Source of the DNA: Parvicellaceae bacterium
GTDB taxonomy: Bacteria > Bacteroidota > Bacteroidia > Flavobacteriales_D > Parvicellaceae
Assembly (NCBI GenBank): GCA_965267315.1
Contig: OZ253949.1
Location: 806,781-870,780 of the forward strand
DNA length: 64,000 bases
Direction: 5' to 3'
A model generated the notes under the pieces. It did not search any database. It was not told the DNA's origin and worked only from the letters and a program-made list of their open reading frames with translations. Shown here piece after piece: positions 1 to 10,518 of this stretch. Position numbers and translations under genes: made by a program. The first letter of the stretch is position 1, and the number at the start of each line of letters is the position of its first letter.

Positions 1-771
1 GTCTACTGATAAAGTCATAAATTTTCCGATGTCGTCTCTATCCAGATTAATGTAATAGACCTTGTAGTCTGTAAGGGTAGCATACACACTAAGATCCTGA
101 TAACTGGAAAGGTTAAGCTCTGCCGTGTCATACAAACCAACATACTCACAGAAATCGTTCATCTTTTCAAGTGCCCAGCCTTCACTAAATGCATTAAAAT
201 AGTTGTAATCACTGGTATCATAAGGAACATTTGATCTAAACGAACGTCTGCTCTTATACCAATAATTGGTAGTACCAATGTTGTTTGTGTCTAAATACAA
301 CCGCTGAACCGAAAGCGTACTTTTAACAGTATCAAATGCTGGTAAAGGCTCCAGTTCAAAGTGCATTTTTTCATCTGGAACCATTTTTGGTGTTTGCGCT
401 AAATCTACCACGCCGATTAATGAAGTTGATCCCGCTAATGCCGCTACCCCAGGTCCTTCTCCCCCTTCAACCTGATTCAGGTACATGTACACAACCAATG
501 GCTGAACGATCATCTCGGCGAATGCCCATACATTGGGTTTGGTTCCATGCCATATCTGATATTTGGTTTTATGTCCCTTTTTTTGGATTTCAAGCTGCTG
601 GGGCTTCTTTCTCTTGTAATCTTCTCCGTAGCTTGATCTCCCGTCACTGGCCATCACCCTTCCTGAAAGGGCTACCATTCCTTCTTCCGGGGCATAGAAT
701 ACCGAGTTATTTATTCTTGAACCGCAAGAGGTGAGAACCAATACCACTATTATTAACCAAATTCTATTCAT
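1..771 (-). CDS. Hypothetical lipoprotein, 3' partial (runs off the window start; 257 codons in window)
   Basis: Not in the ORF track (no stop in window). My own minus-strand translation from ATG at 771-769 is open through position 1. N-terminus MNRIWLIIVVLVLTSCGS is a lipoprotein signal with a lipobox Cys. Its start overlaps the stop of the protease gene at 764. The plus ORF 336..734 is the mirror frame. Confidence 0.5.
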   Translation of the reverse strand, partial: MNRIWLIIVVLVLTSCGSRINNSVFYAPEEGMVALSGRVMASDGRSSYGEDYKRKKPQQLEIQKKGHKTKYQIWHGTKPNVWAFAEMIVQPLVVYMYLNQVEGGEGPGVAALAGSTSLIGVVDLAQTPKMVPDEKMHFELEPLPAFDTVKSTLSVQRLYLDTNNIGTTNYWYKSRRSFRSNVPYDTSDYNYFNAFSEGWALEKMNDFCEYVGLYDTAELNLSSYQDLSVYATLTDYKVYYINLDRDDIGKFMTLSVD

Positions 772-2221
772 GGGTGCTGAGGAATTTAAGGTTCAAACTT
801 TTTTCAATGTCTGCTACAGGAATGGCAAAGCCAATATTCTTTACGCGATTCCCTGTCATTTTGGCCTTTACAATTCCGATAAGTTCGCCTTGTTCATTCA
901 GCAGGGCTCCTCCCGAATTACCGCCGTTTACACTAGCGCTTACAACGTAGTGCCTCTTGGCTCCCTTTGTGAACAACCCGGTTATCATGCCTCTTGAAAC
1001 ACTACCATCCAGTCTGACGTCCAATGGCGAACCAACACAATATGCTATTTCACCCACCTTAATCGAGTCTGCCGTGCTTACCGGAACGGCCATGTCCTGC
1101 AAACCACCCTTAACTACTCTGATTAATGCGATGTCATAGTATGGGTCCGTACGAATCAACAGCGCCCTGTAGGTAGTTCCATTAGGAGTCCTAACTGCAA
1201 CTTCCTCTTCGTCCCCTACCACATGGTGGTTGGTTAAAATAAGATCATCAGAAATAATGACTCCTGAGCCATGCCCCCCCTTGGTTGTAATTGTAACTAC
1301 TCCATCATGCATTTGTGCCGATGAATTCTTACTACGCTGAATGTCCTTCTGTGCCCATTCATCTTTTTCAACTTGTAGGTTTCTTATATAATCGTTTACA
1401 ACATCGTCAAATGGAACCTCCTTAATAAGTTCCTCCACATCCTCGGTAAGAGCAATCAAAAAACTTTCTTCCATTAATTTATGCTCTTTTGTGACCGTGG
1501 CGATTTCCTCTCCGGCCTTATTCTTTAAAACCAGTTCTACCTTTACAAGAGGCTCCTGATAGTAGCTATAATATCCATATTGAGACTTTGTGAAAAATTC
1601 GATTTCCATGTTTAAGCGCAAAGCAGGAATCTGTATGGAGTCATTGTTGTTTTCTGATTTGGCAATCAACAACGTCTGGGTAATAAACCCAAGAATTGCC
1701 TTCTCCTGCTCTTCCTCAGAAACGTAATCTTCTCCATAAGAATAGCCGGTATGGTAGCCAGGAACTAACCTTCCTGTGGCCATATTGTTTGTAGACCATG
1801 AACTTGCGTAACCAATCTCAACGTCATTGATATCAATGTCGACCGGGCACTGTAGAGGGTCTCTTTCCACAAAACTTGGTTTCTCTAAATAAACCACGCT
1901 GCCTCGGGCCAATTCGTAGGCCTTGTAGACCTTTGGATAACACCCTGGCTTTTCAAGTACAATGGAATACCCTCCGTATTTGAGTGTTCCGCGGCTTAAA
2001 AACTTGGTTTGAAATTCTCCTTCTCCAAGAAAATGCGCTTCATCATCGTCGTAGGTGAGCGTGTCTAACCAAACATTGGGTTCGCTCGCCACCAAATAAG
2101 CTCTGGTGTCGTTGTCAAGAGAGGCGCTCACCTTATACGTCTTTGTGGCTGTAACCGTACAGCTGCTTGCCATTACCAGCACTGCAAAAACCCCTATCCA
2201 GCTATGCTTAAATCGTTTCAT
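764..2221 (-). CDS. Trypsin-like (S1/HtrA-type) serine protease lipoprotein with a ~300-aa N-terminal domain of unknown function
   Basis: C-terminal catalytic triad context: TNHHVV (His), DIALIRV (Asp), GNSGGAL (Ser). Signal plus lipobox MKRFKHSWIGVFAVLVMASSC. I chose the second Met (2221) as start, which gives an ATGA overlap with the upstream gene. Confidence 0.75.
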   Translation of the reverse strand: MKRFKHSWIGVFAVLVMASSCTVTATKTYKVSASLDNDTRAYLVASEPNVWLDTLTYDDDEAHFLGEGEFQTKFLSRGTLKYGGYSIVLEKPGCYPKVYKAYELARGSVVYLEKPSFVERDPLQCPVDIDINDVEIGYASSWSTNNMATGRLVPGYHTGYSYGEDYVSEEEQEKAILGFITQTLLIAKSENNNDSIQIPALRLNMEIEFFTKSQYGYYSYYQEPLVKVELVLKNKAGEEIATVTKEHKLMEESFLIALTEDVEELIKEVPFDDVVNDYIRNLQVEKDEWAQKDIQRSKNSSAQMHDGVVTITTKGGHGSGVIISDDLILTNHHVVGDEEEVAVRTPNGTTYRALLIRTDPYYDIALIRVVKGGLQDMAVPVSTADSIKVGEIAYCVGSPLDVRLDGSVSRGMITGLFTKGAKRHYVVSASVNGGNSGGALLNEQGELIGIVKAKMTGNRVKNIGFAIPVADIEKSLNLKFLSTHE

Positions 2222-3378
2222 TCTGTTTCGAGGTTTAAAACTTCTGTAATAATTGCCATGGGTAAACACGCAAATGTTTGTTCTCCGCCCTCACGCCCGT
2301 TAACCACTGCTATGCCCAACAGTTCGCCTGTTTCAGAGAACACCGGAGCGCCGGTGAAGTTTCCGGAAAACCCTGCATTCGTAATAAAAACCTCTTTGTC
2401 CTGTCGTTTTAATTTTGAAACCAGTTCTCCATCTGCACAGAGCACTGGCACACCTTCAATTCCTGTGATGCCCCGGACAAATACTTGCTGACCAATTTTT
2501 TTACCTTCGGAGTAGACAAAGTCTCTTCCCGACGAGGGTTTTTCCAAAACGCCCAGGGCAATGTCCCAGCTCTTGTTTACAGAAACCAGCCTGGCATTAA
2601 CCGTGTCTCCGTTTAAAGTAATGGCTTTCAGTTCATCTATATTGTGAATCATCTTATAATCACACACAAAGTGCCCGTTAGCATCTATCAAAGTAGCCGA
2701 AACTATAGGATCTCCTCCTGTCCTCATAATACCGATAATGTTGTTATTCCACTCTTCGTCAAAAGGGCCTTGAAGAGCATTAGCGGTTCCGAAAGACTGT
2801 AACTTCAATTTAGGTACATCCGGAGATTCTTTTACCTCCAATTCATCGATTAATTCAATTATTTTTCCAACCAACGCATCAGCAATGTGTTGAGGGAATT
2901 CATTGGTAACCGGTCGAATCCAATGCTGAAAGTTCTCGTCAAACACCTTTACCTTGTCCTCGAAGCGAAATTGATCCGGTGAAATTGTAATGGTGTGCAA
3001 TAAATTATTCCGATAGTCAGTAATAGCAACCCTTCCATAAAACGTATAAGCTTCTGCAAAGCCAACCGACATATTCTTCATCTCCAGATGTAAACTATCT
3101 ACGTTAATTTTCATGTAGACCGTGTTATCATCACGTTGCCGGTAACCAAGAAAAATGTCTTCCTGGTCGATAACATTCCACATTTTGCTTTCAAAGTAGG
3201 ATGCCCTCAGGTGATCTGATCTCCGAATTGTTGCTTTAGTATAGGTTCCTCCAAGAATTTTGTAAAACTCAAAATTCCGGGCAACAGAAATCTCCTCAAT
3301 AAAGTACCCGGATTTAGCATTTGTACTGTGAATCGCCAACACAGAAAGGGCGCACAGCAGAATTTTAAGTAAACGCAT
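2218..3378 (-). CDS. Trypsin-like peptidase-domain lipoprotein, paralog of the downstream protease
   Basis: Signal peptide MRLLKILLCALSVLAIHS. C-terminal DIALGVLE ... GFSGNFTGAPVF ... ELLGIAVV is colinear with the DIALIRV/GNSGGAL region of the neighbouring gene. A candidate His lies in ANGHFVCD. Confidence 0.6.
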   Translation of the reverse strand: MRLLKILLCALSVLAIHSTNAKSGYFIEEISVARNFEFYKILGGTYTKATIRRSDHLRASYFESKMWNVIDQEDIFLGYRQRDDNTVYMKINVDSLHLEMKNMSVGFAEAYTFYGRVAITDYRNNLLHTITISPDQFRFEDKVKVFDENFQHWIRPVTNEFPQHIADALVGKIIELIDELEVKESPDVPKLKLQSFGTANALQGPFDEEWNNNIIGIMRTGGDPIVSATLIDANGHFVCDYKMIHNIDELKAITLNGDTVNARLVSVNKSWDIALGVLEKPSSGRDFVYSEGKKIGQQVFVRGITGIEGVPVLCADGELVSKLKRQDKEVFITNAGFSGNFTGAPVFSETGELLGIAVVNGREGGEQTFACLPMAIITEVLNLETE

Positions 3379-3569
3379 CGGCGATAGTAATGACCTTAAA
3401 GATAGCAGAAAATATCAGCCTTGCAGATTCTGAAGTGTACCGGCTTTCTTGTTTAACCGCTATAGGCCTCACTCAAAGAGAAGGACAACCGCTTGAGTTA
3501 ACCTGTCGTTTTTTTACTATCACCAAATTGACAACTCTCCCAAATTAGCCAGGCTAAAATTATTCAGTC

Positions 3570-6371
3570 ATGAGGAATTTAATCTGCCCGTGTCGAAATA
3601 CCTGCTTCTTGCTAGTCTTCTGTTATTCCGCTCTTAGCTCCCCAATTCTGTGTCAGGTTTATCAAGCTTCACATAACGAAGTGATCCATTCTGCAAGTCT
3701 TGGTGCCTGCGAGTCAATTGACGGGGCGCAGGTGGTAATCGGTTATCGCATAAGCTCTGGGCAGCGACTATTGGTAGCTAATCAAATGACCAATGGTGAC
3801 ACCATCTGGTCTAAGGAATTTGAATTTGACCAAACTGTGACGGCCAAGGATATTATAAGAGGGCCTGACAGTAGTTACTACGTAGCGGGCATAACTCACT
3901 TTTATGGTTCTGGAGACACGTTCATTGCCAAGCTTGACCAGCATGGGAATATCATTTGGAATAAAGTGTTTCACACTACCGGATATGGGCACATCTGTAT
4001 CGGCGCGGACAGCACCCTTGCTCTTGTTGCAAGAACGAATATCTTCTCGTCAGGTGGTCAATCCGCATATGTAATTAATATGGATGGACATGGTAACGTA
4101 AACTGGACTACCGTTCTTAATGGCACGGATAGCGGACTTGATGTTGTTCCGGCACCCAATGGGGGATATTGTGTTCTTTCTTATGGTGATTATGTGAGCG
4201 GCGGTTATCCTACCAACCTTACCAAGCTTAATTTAAGCGGAGCGGTTGAATGGTCTTACAACTATACCTTCCCTTGGATAAATGCCACTCCGGTTTCTAT
4301 TGTGGCCCATGCTAACCGTTACACAGTTGCTGGTAATACGGGCGGAGACCTGGTGCTTATGGACATAGACACTCTAGGGAATTACCAACACGGTTACCAG
4401 CACAATTCAGGACTCGCTCCAATCGGGGCTTTGACCACACCTGTGTTAACGGCAAAAAACGATCAGGTTTATGTGGGAGCCAGACTATACCGAGGATACA
4501 ACGGCTCGATTTCCACTCCCATAAATGATATGGCCCTTCTTCATTTTGATAGCTCCGGAACGAACGTAACAACTAAGCTTTATGGGTATTCCAGCAATTA
4601 CCTGCTAGAGGGTTTCAACCAGGTTGGAGATCATTTCATTTTTTCAGGCCGTGAAGAAGCCGGCCTTTTCTCTATGTTCAATGCGGTATTAATTCGCACA
4701 GACTCTACCGGAAACACCAATGACTGTCATGGAGAGTTCATTCATCCTTTTTCCTCGTCGCTGGATAGCGTGACCAGAAGCCCCGTCGTCATATCAACTT
4801 CAACCGGATACAACGACACCTCTTTTACCCACTCGAGCCTTGATTATAATTTCAATTTCAATTATACCTCGCCCAGCCTGTCGCTTTCTGCTTCCGACGT
4901 TCAATGCAACGGCCAAAACAATGGAGAAATTGAGGTTGATCAGATAAACGAAGGTGTTGGCCCATATAGCTATTCCTGGTCTAACGGAGATACTACAGCG
5001 CTAACAGATGATTTAAGTCCGGGAACTTATATTATAACCGTGGTTGGCAATGATGGTGTTTGCGAAATCACCGATTCGGCATCTATCTCCGAACCCCCTC
5101 CCTTAACTCTAGCTGTTTCTATTACCGAACCTAGCTGTTATGGATTTGGAGATGGAGAAGCAGCCTCAGTCGCCACGGGAGGAACAGCCCCATATTTTTA
5201 TTCCTGGAGTAATGGCCAAACGACTCCAACCAGTCTCGGTTTGTTTAGCGGGAACTACTTCGTAAATGTATTTGACGACAGAGGCTGCCTTACATCTCAA
5301 CTCATTACGGTAAACCAACCAGCACAAATAGATCTTGCATTCAATACATCGGGCACTACGTGCAATGGCAATAACGGGTGGACACAAGTAATGGCCACAG
5401 GTGGTTCCGCAGGGTATAACTACACCTGGTCGAATGGTGATTCGGGCGCTATTGCGGACTCCCTTTCTCCCGGATTCATTTCGGTTTTAGTTACCGACTC
5501 TAATAATTGTCAAATCACCGACTCGGTAGAAATTGACGTCGTTGTAAACGATATTCAAATTTGTTTGATAACGGTTGATTCCAGTAATCGAAACACGGTG
5601 GTATGGGCAAAAGATACTTCCGATAATATTCAGGGGTACCGGATTTACAGAAACATTGTTGGCATTTACACGCCGGTCGGATACGTCCCCCAGGATAGCC
5701 TCAGTCAATTTGTAGACTACTCGTTTGGAATTGACCCTGGCGTTACTTCTTATAGATATAAAATTTCTGCCCTGGACAGTTGCGGTAACGAAAGTGCTCA
5801 AAGTGCCCATCATGAAACCATACATCTTACCACAAGTGCAGGGATTGGTGGAGAGGTGAACCTTATTTGGGATGATTACGAAGGGTTTAGTTACAGCTTC
5901 TACTACATCTTACGCGACTCTAATTTTACAGGAAATTGGCAGGTAATCGACTCTGTTCCTACTTCTAATTTTACGTATACAGATTTTAATGTGCCATCCG
6001 GAGGGGCTGCCTATGCAATTCTGATTTCAGCACCCTCGGTGTGCCAGGCAACAAAAGCTGTTGGCGATTTCAACTCGTCCAGATCCAATAGTTCGGCACA
6101 GCTTTTCGGAGGCCCTGCCAGCCTGGACAATTTGGAGTTCGAGGCGAGCGTATTTCCCAACCCCTTCCAGAATCAGCTAACTGTAAAAATAAACAATGAC
6201 TTAATCGAACAGGTGCAGGTTTTTGACATGCACGGAAAGCTGCTTCTATCTCAACCCGTAAATGCGAATCAGGTAACCTTAGATTTAGCGCATTTTCATA
6301 CAGGTCTATATATGGTAAAGGCATATACCCCAGGTGGAGTGCTAAGTACAGTGGTTAGCAAAACCAGATAA
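3570..6371 (+). CDS. T9SS-secreted large surface protein with SprB-type repeats and a Por C-terminal sorting domain
   Basis: Signal peptide. Three or more repeats of C.G..NG...V...GG..PY.YSWSNG.T....L..G.Y...V.D..GC (SprB repeat pattern). C-terminus VFPNPFQNQLTVKIN...LAHFHTGLYMVKAYT is a typical T9SS CTD. Confidence 0.8.
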   Translation: MRNLICPCRNTCFLLVFCYSALSSPILCQVYQASHNEVIHSASLGACESIDGAQVVIGYRISSGQRLLVANQMTNGDTIWSKEFEFDQTVTAKDIIRGPDSSYYVAGITHFYGSGDTFIAKLDQHGNIIWNKVFHTTGYGHICIGADSTLALVARTNIFSSGGQSAYVINMDGHGNVNWTTVLNGTDSGLDVVPAPNGGYCVLSYGDYVSGGYPTNLTKLNLSGAVEWSYNYTFPWINATPVSIVAHANRYTVAGNTGGDLVLMDIDTLGNYQHGYQHNSGLAPIGALTTPVLTAKNDQVYVGARLYRGYNGSISTPINDMALLHFDSSGTNVTTKLYGYSSNYLLEGFNQVGDHFIFSGREEAGLFSMFNAVLIRTDSTGNTNDCHGEFIHPFSSSLDSVTRSPVVISTSTGYNDTSFTHSSLDYNFNFNYTSPSLSLSASDVQCNGQNNGEIEVDQINEGVGPYSYSWSNGDTTALTDDLSPGTYIITVVGNDGVCEITDSASISEPPPLTLAVSITEPSCYGFGDGEAASVATGGTAPYFYSWSNGQTTPTSLGLFSGNYFVNVFDDRGCLTSQLITVNQPAQIDLAFNTSGTTCNGNNGWTQVMATGGSAGYNYTWSNGDSGAIADSLSPGFISVLVTDSNNCQITDSVEIDVVVNDIQICLITVDSSNRNTVVWAKDTSDNIQGYRIYRNIVGIYTPVGYVPQDSLSQFVDYSFGIDPGVTSYRYKISALDSCGNESAQSAHHETIHLTTSAGIGGEVNLIWDDYEGFSYSFYYILRDSNFTGNWQVIDSVPTSNFTYTDFNVPSGGAAYAILISAPSVCQATKAVGDFNSSRSNSSAQLFGGPASLDNLEFEASVFPNPFQNQLTVKINNDLIEQVQVFDMHGKLLLSQPVNANQVTLDLAHFHTGLYMVKAYTPGGVLSTVVSKTR

Positions 6372-6404
6372 AATGGCTGTAGCCGTTAATCGGCAGGAAG
6401 AGCT

Positions 6405-9089
6405 CTAATAGTTGATATACTGGAGCACATTTGGATCCGTCTCGTCTGCCTTAATGCTTTCAACAAGTTTGCGGATTTCCTCGGCCTTGTTTTCGGCTTT
6501 TATCTGACTTTGCTGCGCTGAAGCGGCTTCCATGGTTTTACCAGCCTCCATAAATTGGTTGTAGTCCGTTTTATGCTCTCCTGCAATCTCATCATAAGTT
6601 TTAGCTGCATTGCTTAGTAGCTGATAGCCTGATAACTTCAGAAACCATGGGCTTCCGTTTCGCGCAACATCTTCAAATATCTTCAATCCTTTCTCTATCT
6701 CCTTCTCATCCTGCTTCATGAGATAAGTGTTGTAAGTTTGAAGCAAACCATACTTTGAGAACCCTGTAGTACTGGCGATTTTATCCAGAAAAAACTGATG
6801 CTCGCTTTTGCCTCCGTACTTTGCATAGATTCTGGCAATTGCAGAAGACACTGCCCCACCGGCATCGGTTTCATATTGTTTGGCCAGGGTCATTGCCTTG
6901 TTCTTGTCTACATCGGCCAGCGCTTCTATACCTTCAGCCATAACCGCGTAAGACTCGTCTTCCAGCGCTTTTTCAAACACAGGCTGTAGATCCGTGTCTC
7001 CCTCCCAATATTTACCAAGTGCTTTTAGTGCGGCCTTCCGAACCTGTGGATGTTCGTCTTTGGTCATGGCCATTACTACCGGCTTTAACCCGTCTTTATT
7101 CGATCGGATTGCCTTTCGAGCCTTGCTTAAAGCCATTACTTTCACGTGCCAAAACGGATGTTTTAGGGCCCTTTCTATGGCCTTCTTAGCTTCTTCGGTA
7201 TTTGATTTTCCAACGTGCTGAATGGCCTCTTTCTTGTCTAAATACAGAGGCGCATGGTCTAGTTGATAAATCCACTGTTCGATTGGCTTGATGTCCTCTT
7301 TATCACACAACATTACCTTCTGAGCATCTACGTTTACCAATTGTGGTGCCACAGGTAAATCGAAGACGAAAGTGTCCGCAACGTTCTGCGCCCAAACAAT
7401 GTGTCGATTCCTTTTATCGTTTGCATAAACCTCGATGTGGATAGGCAACTTATACAATGGTACTTCATCAAAATTTTGATTTTGCTCTATGTATACATAC
7501 AACTTGCCTTCTTCCGGTGAATAGGACTGTGAGAACTTTAGTTTCGGATGACCTTTATCTAAGAACCACTGATTAAAGAACCAATTCAAATCTTCACCGG
7601 TAACCTCTTCAAATGCCAGTCTTAGTTCGTGAATTTCGGCAGCCTGGTAGGCATTATCGTTCAGATACTTTTTCAACGACTCAAAAAACGCATCGTCTCC
7701 GATATAAGAGCGAAGCATATGCAAAATCCGCCCACCCTTGTTGTAGGAGTTGGCATCGAACATCTCCTCTTTGTTCTCATAATTAAACCTGATCATATCC
7801 ACATAACCCTGCTGCTGGGAGGAAAGTAGATATCCTTCCATTTCAGCATAGGCATTCATGTCAGCCTCCATTCTACCGTGCTCATACTCATCCCAAAGGA
7901 ACTGGCTATAATTGGCAAATGATTCATTCAGTGGTAAGTTAGCCCAGGACTCGCAGGTCACCAGATCGCCAAACCAATGGTGAAATAGTTCGTGCGCAAT
8001 GATGGACTCGTTCCCGCCATCGATGATTTCACGAGTAGTTTGATGTAAAAATTCTCCATGAATTACAGCAGTGGTATTTTCCATTGCTCCCGAAACGTAA
8101 TCCCGTACAACTACCTGATGGTATTTCGCCCATGGATATTCTACTCCGAGCAAATCAGAGAAGTAGCCAATCATCTTCGGTGTTTTTCCAAAAATGGCCT
8201 TCGCGTGTTCCTCATACTCTTTCTCGACGTAATAGTTTACGGCCATTTGCGAACCGTCGGATCGAGTCCAGCTATCTTCAACTACCGCAAAATCTCCAAT
8301 AGCCATCATAAACAGATATGGAGCGTGAGGTTTGTCCATTTTCCAGTAATCAGTTCGGGTGCCATCGCCATTTGGAGTAGAGTACACCAGCAAACCGTTG
8401 GAAAGCGATTTATACTTTTCATCTACCGTGATGTAAATCTCCTGGGTGGTTTTTTCGTTTGGAGCATCAATGGTTGGAAACCAACAGCTGCTGGCTTCTG
8501 TTTCCCCCTGCGTCCATATTTGAGTGGGTTTGTTCTCTTCGCTTCCATCGGCGTTGATGAAGTAGAGTCCCTTAGCAGAGGTAATAGCCGAACTCCCCTC
8601 CTGCGCCACCTTCTCCGGATTCGCCATATAATCAATCCGAACCGTGTATTGCTCATCCCGAGTGTAAGGCTTATCCAGTTGTATTCTAATGAATTTGCCA
8701 TCGGCGGTATGTTTCAGCGCTTTCCCTAACTGATCTTTATTCATCAACCAAACGCCGGATACTTCGATCGCCTTGGCATCCAGCACCAGTGAGTCTGTTT
8801 CATAGAAGTACGGTTGAAAGGTTAACTCCGCTCTACCCTTTAGTTGTTTGGTTTCCCATAGAAAGCTAACCTCCAGCTTTGTGTGCAGTAAATCATTGAC
8901 ACGCTTTTCCGATTCCTGATATACCGGGCGAACGGGGGGTTCCTCCTTACTCTCCTCCGCCATGAGTTGTTCGAATAACGAGATCTGCTCATCGGTCGTG
9001 TTATCATCACTTGTTTCTGAGGCAGCTTGCCTGGTTTTACAACCCGCCATAACCAGTATTACAATAGGGAATAGCCAAACCTTTTTCAT
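6405..9089 (-). CDS. pepN: M1-family aminopeptidase N lipoprotein with C-terminal HEAT-like repeats
   Basis: GAMEN motif (GAMENTTA). HELFHHWFGDLVT zinc HEXXH with downstream ESFANY Glu. Lipoprotein signal MKKVWLFPIVILVMAGC. Confidence 0.9.
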   Translation of the reverse strand: MKKVWLFPIVILVMAGCKTRQAASETSDDNTTDEQISLFEQLMAEESKEEPPVRPVYQESEKRVNDLLHTKLEVSFLWETKQLKGRAELTFQPYFYETDSLVLDAKAIEVSGVWLMNKDQLGKALKHTADGKFIRIQLDKPYTRDEQYTVRIDYMANPEKVAQEGSSAITSAKGLYFINADGSEENKPTQIWTQGETEASSCWFPTIDAPNEKTTQEIYITVDEKYKSLSNGLLVYSTPNGDGTRTDYWKMDKPHAPYLFMMAIGDFAVVEDSWTRSDGSQMAVNYYVEKEYEEHAKAIFGKTPKMIGYFSDLLGVEYPWAKYHQVVVRDYVSGAMENTTAVIHGEFLHQTTREIIDGGNESIIAHELFHHWFGDLVTCESWANLPLNESFANYSQFLWDEYEHGRMEADMNAYAEMEGYLLSSQQQGYVDMIRFNYENKEEMFDANSYNKGGRILHMLRSYIGDDAFFESLKKYLNDNAYQAAEIHELRLAFEEVTGEDLNWFFNQWFLDKGHPKLKFSQSYSPEEGKLYVYIEQNQNFDEVPLYKLPIHIEVYANDKRNRHIVWAQNVADTFVFDLPVAPQLVNVDAQKVMLCDKEDIKPIEQWIYQLDHAPLYLDKKEAIQHVGKSNTEEAKKAIERALKHPFWHVKVMALSKARKAIRSNKDGLKPVVMAMTKDEHPQVRKAALKALGKYWEGDTDLQPVFEKALEDESYAVMAEGIEALADVDKNKAMTLAKQYETDAGGAVSSAIARIYAKYGGKSEHQFFLDKIASTTGFSKYGLLQTYNTYLMKQDEKEIEKGLKIFEDVARNGSPWFLKLSGYQLLSNAAKTYDEIAGEHKTDYNQFMEAGKTMEAASAQQSQIKAENKAEEIRKLVESIKADETDPNVLQYINY

Positions 9090-9336
9090 ACACTTTCTAT
9101 TAGTCTCGCAAATATGTGAAAAATGGCGGCTGTGGCTTACTTAATTTGGATGTGCGGTAGTAACTGCCGTTGCTGTGGTCTTTTTTCACCTTATTGGGAA
9201 TGCAGTTCTACACCGGGTGGTTTTGCTTCTGCCGACATCAGCCTTAAGGTGTTGTTTTATAGCTAGTTATAGTTCCTAGCGTGATCCTTGCATTAGATGT
9301 AGGTGAAATCAAATTTTAACCGAAAAACATATAGAT

Positions 9337-9528
9337 ATGAGTGCAACTACAGATAAGATTAAAGGAAACTGGAACCAGTTAAAAGGTCAATTAAAGCAAA
9401 AATATGCCGATTTAACGGATGATGACCTGCTATACGAGCGGGGCAAAGAGGATGAGTTGATTGGAAAAATTCAGGAGAAAACAGGGGAGTCTAAAGAAAA
9501 AATCAAGGACTTCATTGATAACCTGTAA
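9337..9528 (+). CDS. csbD: CsbD-family general stress protein
   Basis: 63 aa. KIKGNWNQLKGQLKQKYADLTDDDL ... GKIQEKTGESKEKI is the CsbD signature. Confidence 0.85.
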   Translation: MSATTDKIKGNWNQLKGQLKQKYADLTDDDLLYERGKEDELIGKIQEKTGESKEKIKDFIDNL

Positions 9529-9539
9529 AAATTAAACCA

Positions 9540-9989
9540 ATGGACTTAGAAGTAAAAATAAAACTCGAAACGTTGGCCGATATCTGTCACGATGGAGCGC
9601 AGGGTTACGACTCTGCAGCTGAACACCTTTCAGATGATGAACTGGCCACATTGTACCGACGACTAGCCCAGCAAAGGCGCCTATTTGTTCAACAGCTGAA
9701 AGAAGAAGCCAGAAGGCTAGGAGCACACTTCCAACATGCCGGCACCTTAAGTGGTGACCTGCACCGAAATTGGCTGGAACTAAAATCTGTCTTCGGCGAA
9801 GAGAGCGATGCCAAAATTATAGAGCATGCACTCACAGGAGAGGAAGCTGCTCTGGAAACCTATGATGAGGTGATTGATGAAAAAATCCCTGATTATCTTA
9901 CTGAGAAGCTCCTCAAACAAAGACAGCTAATTGCCGGAGCAATTGAGCAACTTGAAACCATTCAGCAGCAAATGAATAAAGCTGCATAA
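9540..9989 (+). CDS. PA2169/DUF2383-family ferritin-like four-helix-bundle stress protein
   Basis: Lies 11 bp after csbD. All-helical 149 aa with the DUF2383 pattern (GAQGYDSAAEHL ... LYRRLAQQRRLFVQQLKEE). Confidence 0.7.
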   Translation: MDLEVKIKLETLADICHDGAQGYDSAAEHLSDDELATLYRRLAQQRRLFVQQLKEEARRLGAHFQHAGTLSGDLHRNWLELKSVFGEESDAKIIEHALTGEEAALETYDEVIDEKIPDYLTEKLLKQRQLIAGAIEQLETIQQQMNKAA

Positions 9990-10012
9990 CCATTATTCAA
10001 CCGGGCATATAA

Positions 10013-10042
10013 AAGGGCGAATAAATTCGCCCTTTTTTTATT
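10013..10042. terminator. Bidirectional rho-independent terminator between convergent DUF2383 and hemerythrin genes
   Basis: Perfect hairpin AAAGGGCGAA-TAAA-TTCGCCCTTT followed by a T-run. The complementary A-run serves the opposite strand. Confidence 0.7.
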
Positions 10043-10065
10043 GCATTGCTTTTCCCGTTCTCCTA

Positions 10066-10518
10066 CTAAGATGCCTTTTTTCCATATCTGGTATCAGACA
10101 TCTCTTCCATATAACCTTCAGCCAAATCTGATTTGCTTTTCTCCGTGAGAGCTTTTCCTGCCAGCTGAAAAATTTTGTGTTCTTCGTCCTGAAGATGATG
10201 CAATACTTGTTCTTGTAGCCTCTTTGCCACAGTAAGCCAACCTGTGGAGTCAAACTCCATTTCCTCTAGTTCCTCAATCGTTTTATCGATTTGGTGATGC
10301 TCGGCAATGCCATGTCTGGAATGATCCTGGGTAAGGTCGGAATCAATTAATGGTTTATAGAAATACCGCTCCTCTGCATCAGCATGAAGTTTTAGCTCTT
10401 GTTTTAATTTTTCAAATATGTTGCGGCGTAAAGTCGTGTCGCCACTAGTGCTGACAAGTTGTTTTAAAAGTTCGCGTTGCAAATCATGGTCTTTCCGTAG
10501 TGCTTCAAAAATTGTCAT
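10066..10518 (-). CDS. Hemerythrin-like (HHE cation-binding) domain protein
   Basis: Repeated His/Glu/Asp ligand motifs (RKDHDLQRELL, HADAEERYFY, HSRHGIAEHH, HHLQDEEHKIF) typical of hemerythrin-like domains. Confidence 0.75.
   Translation of the reverse strand: MTIFEALRKDHDLQRELLKQLVSTSGDTTLRRNIFEKLKQELKLHADAEERYFYKPLIDSDLTQDHSRHGIAEHHQIDKTIEELEEMEFDSTGWLTVAKRLQEQVLHHLQDEEHKIFQLAGKALTEKSKSDLAEGYMEEMSDTRYGKKAS

Noticed and set aside
336-734. 132-aa plus-strand ORF in the ORF track
   Set aside because: It is the mirror frame of a longer minus-strand lipoprotein ORF (771 to 1) that has a proper signal peptide. The plus-strand product is low-complexity Leu/Pro-rich with no start context.
8058-8729. 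223-aa plus-strand ORF
   Set aside because: It lies entirely antisense within the well-supported pepN gene (GAMEN/HEXXH). It is a shadow ORF.
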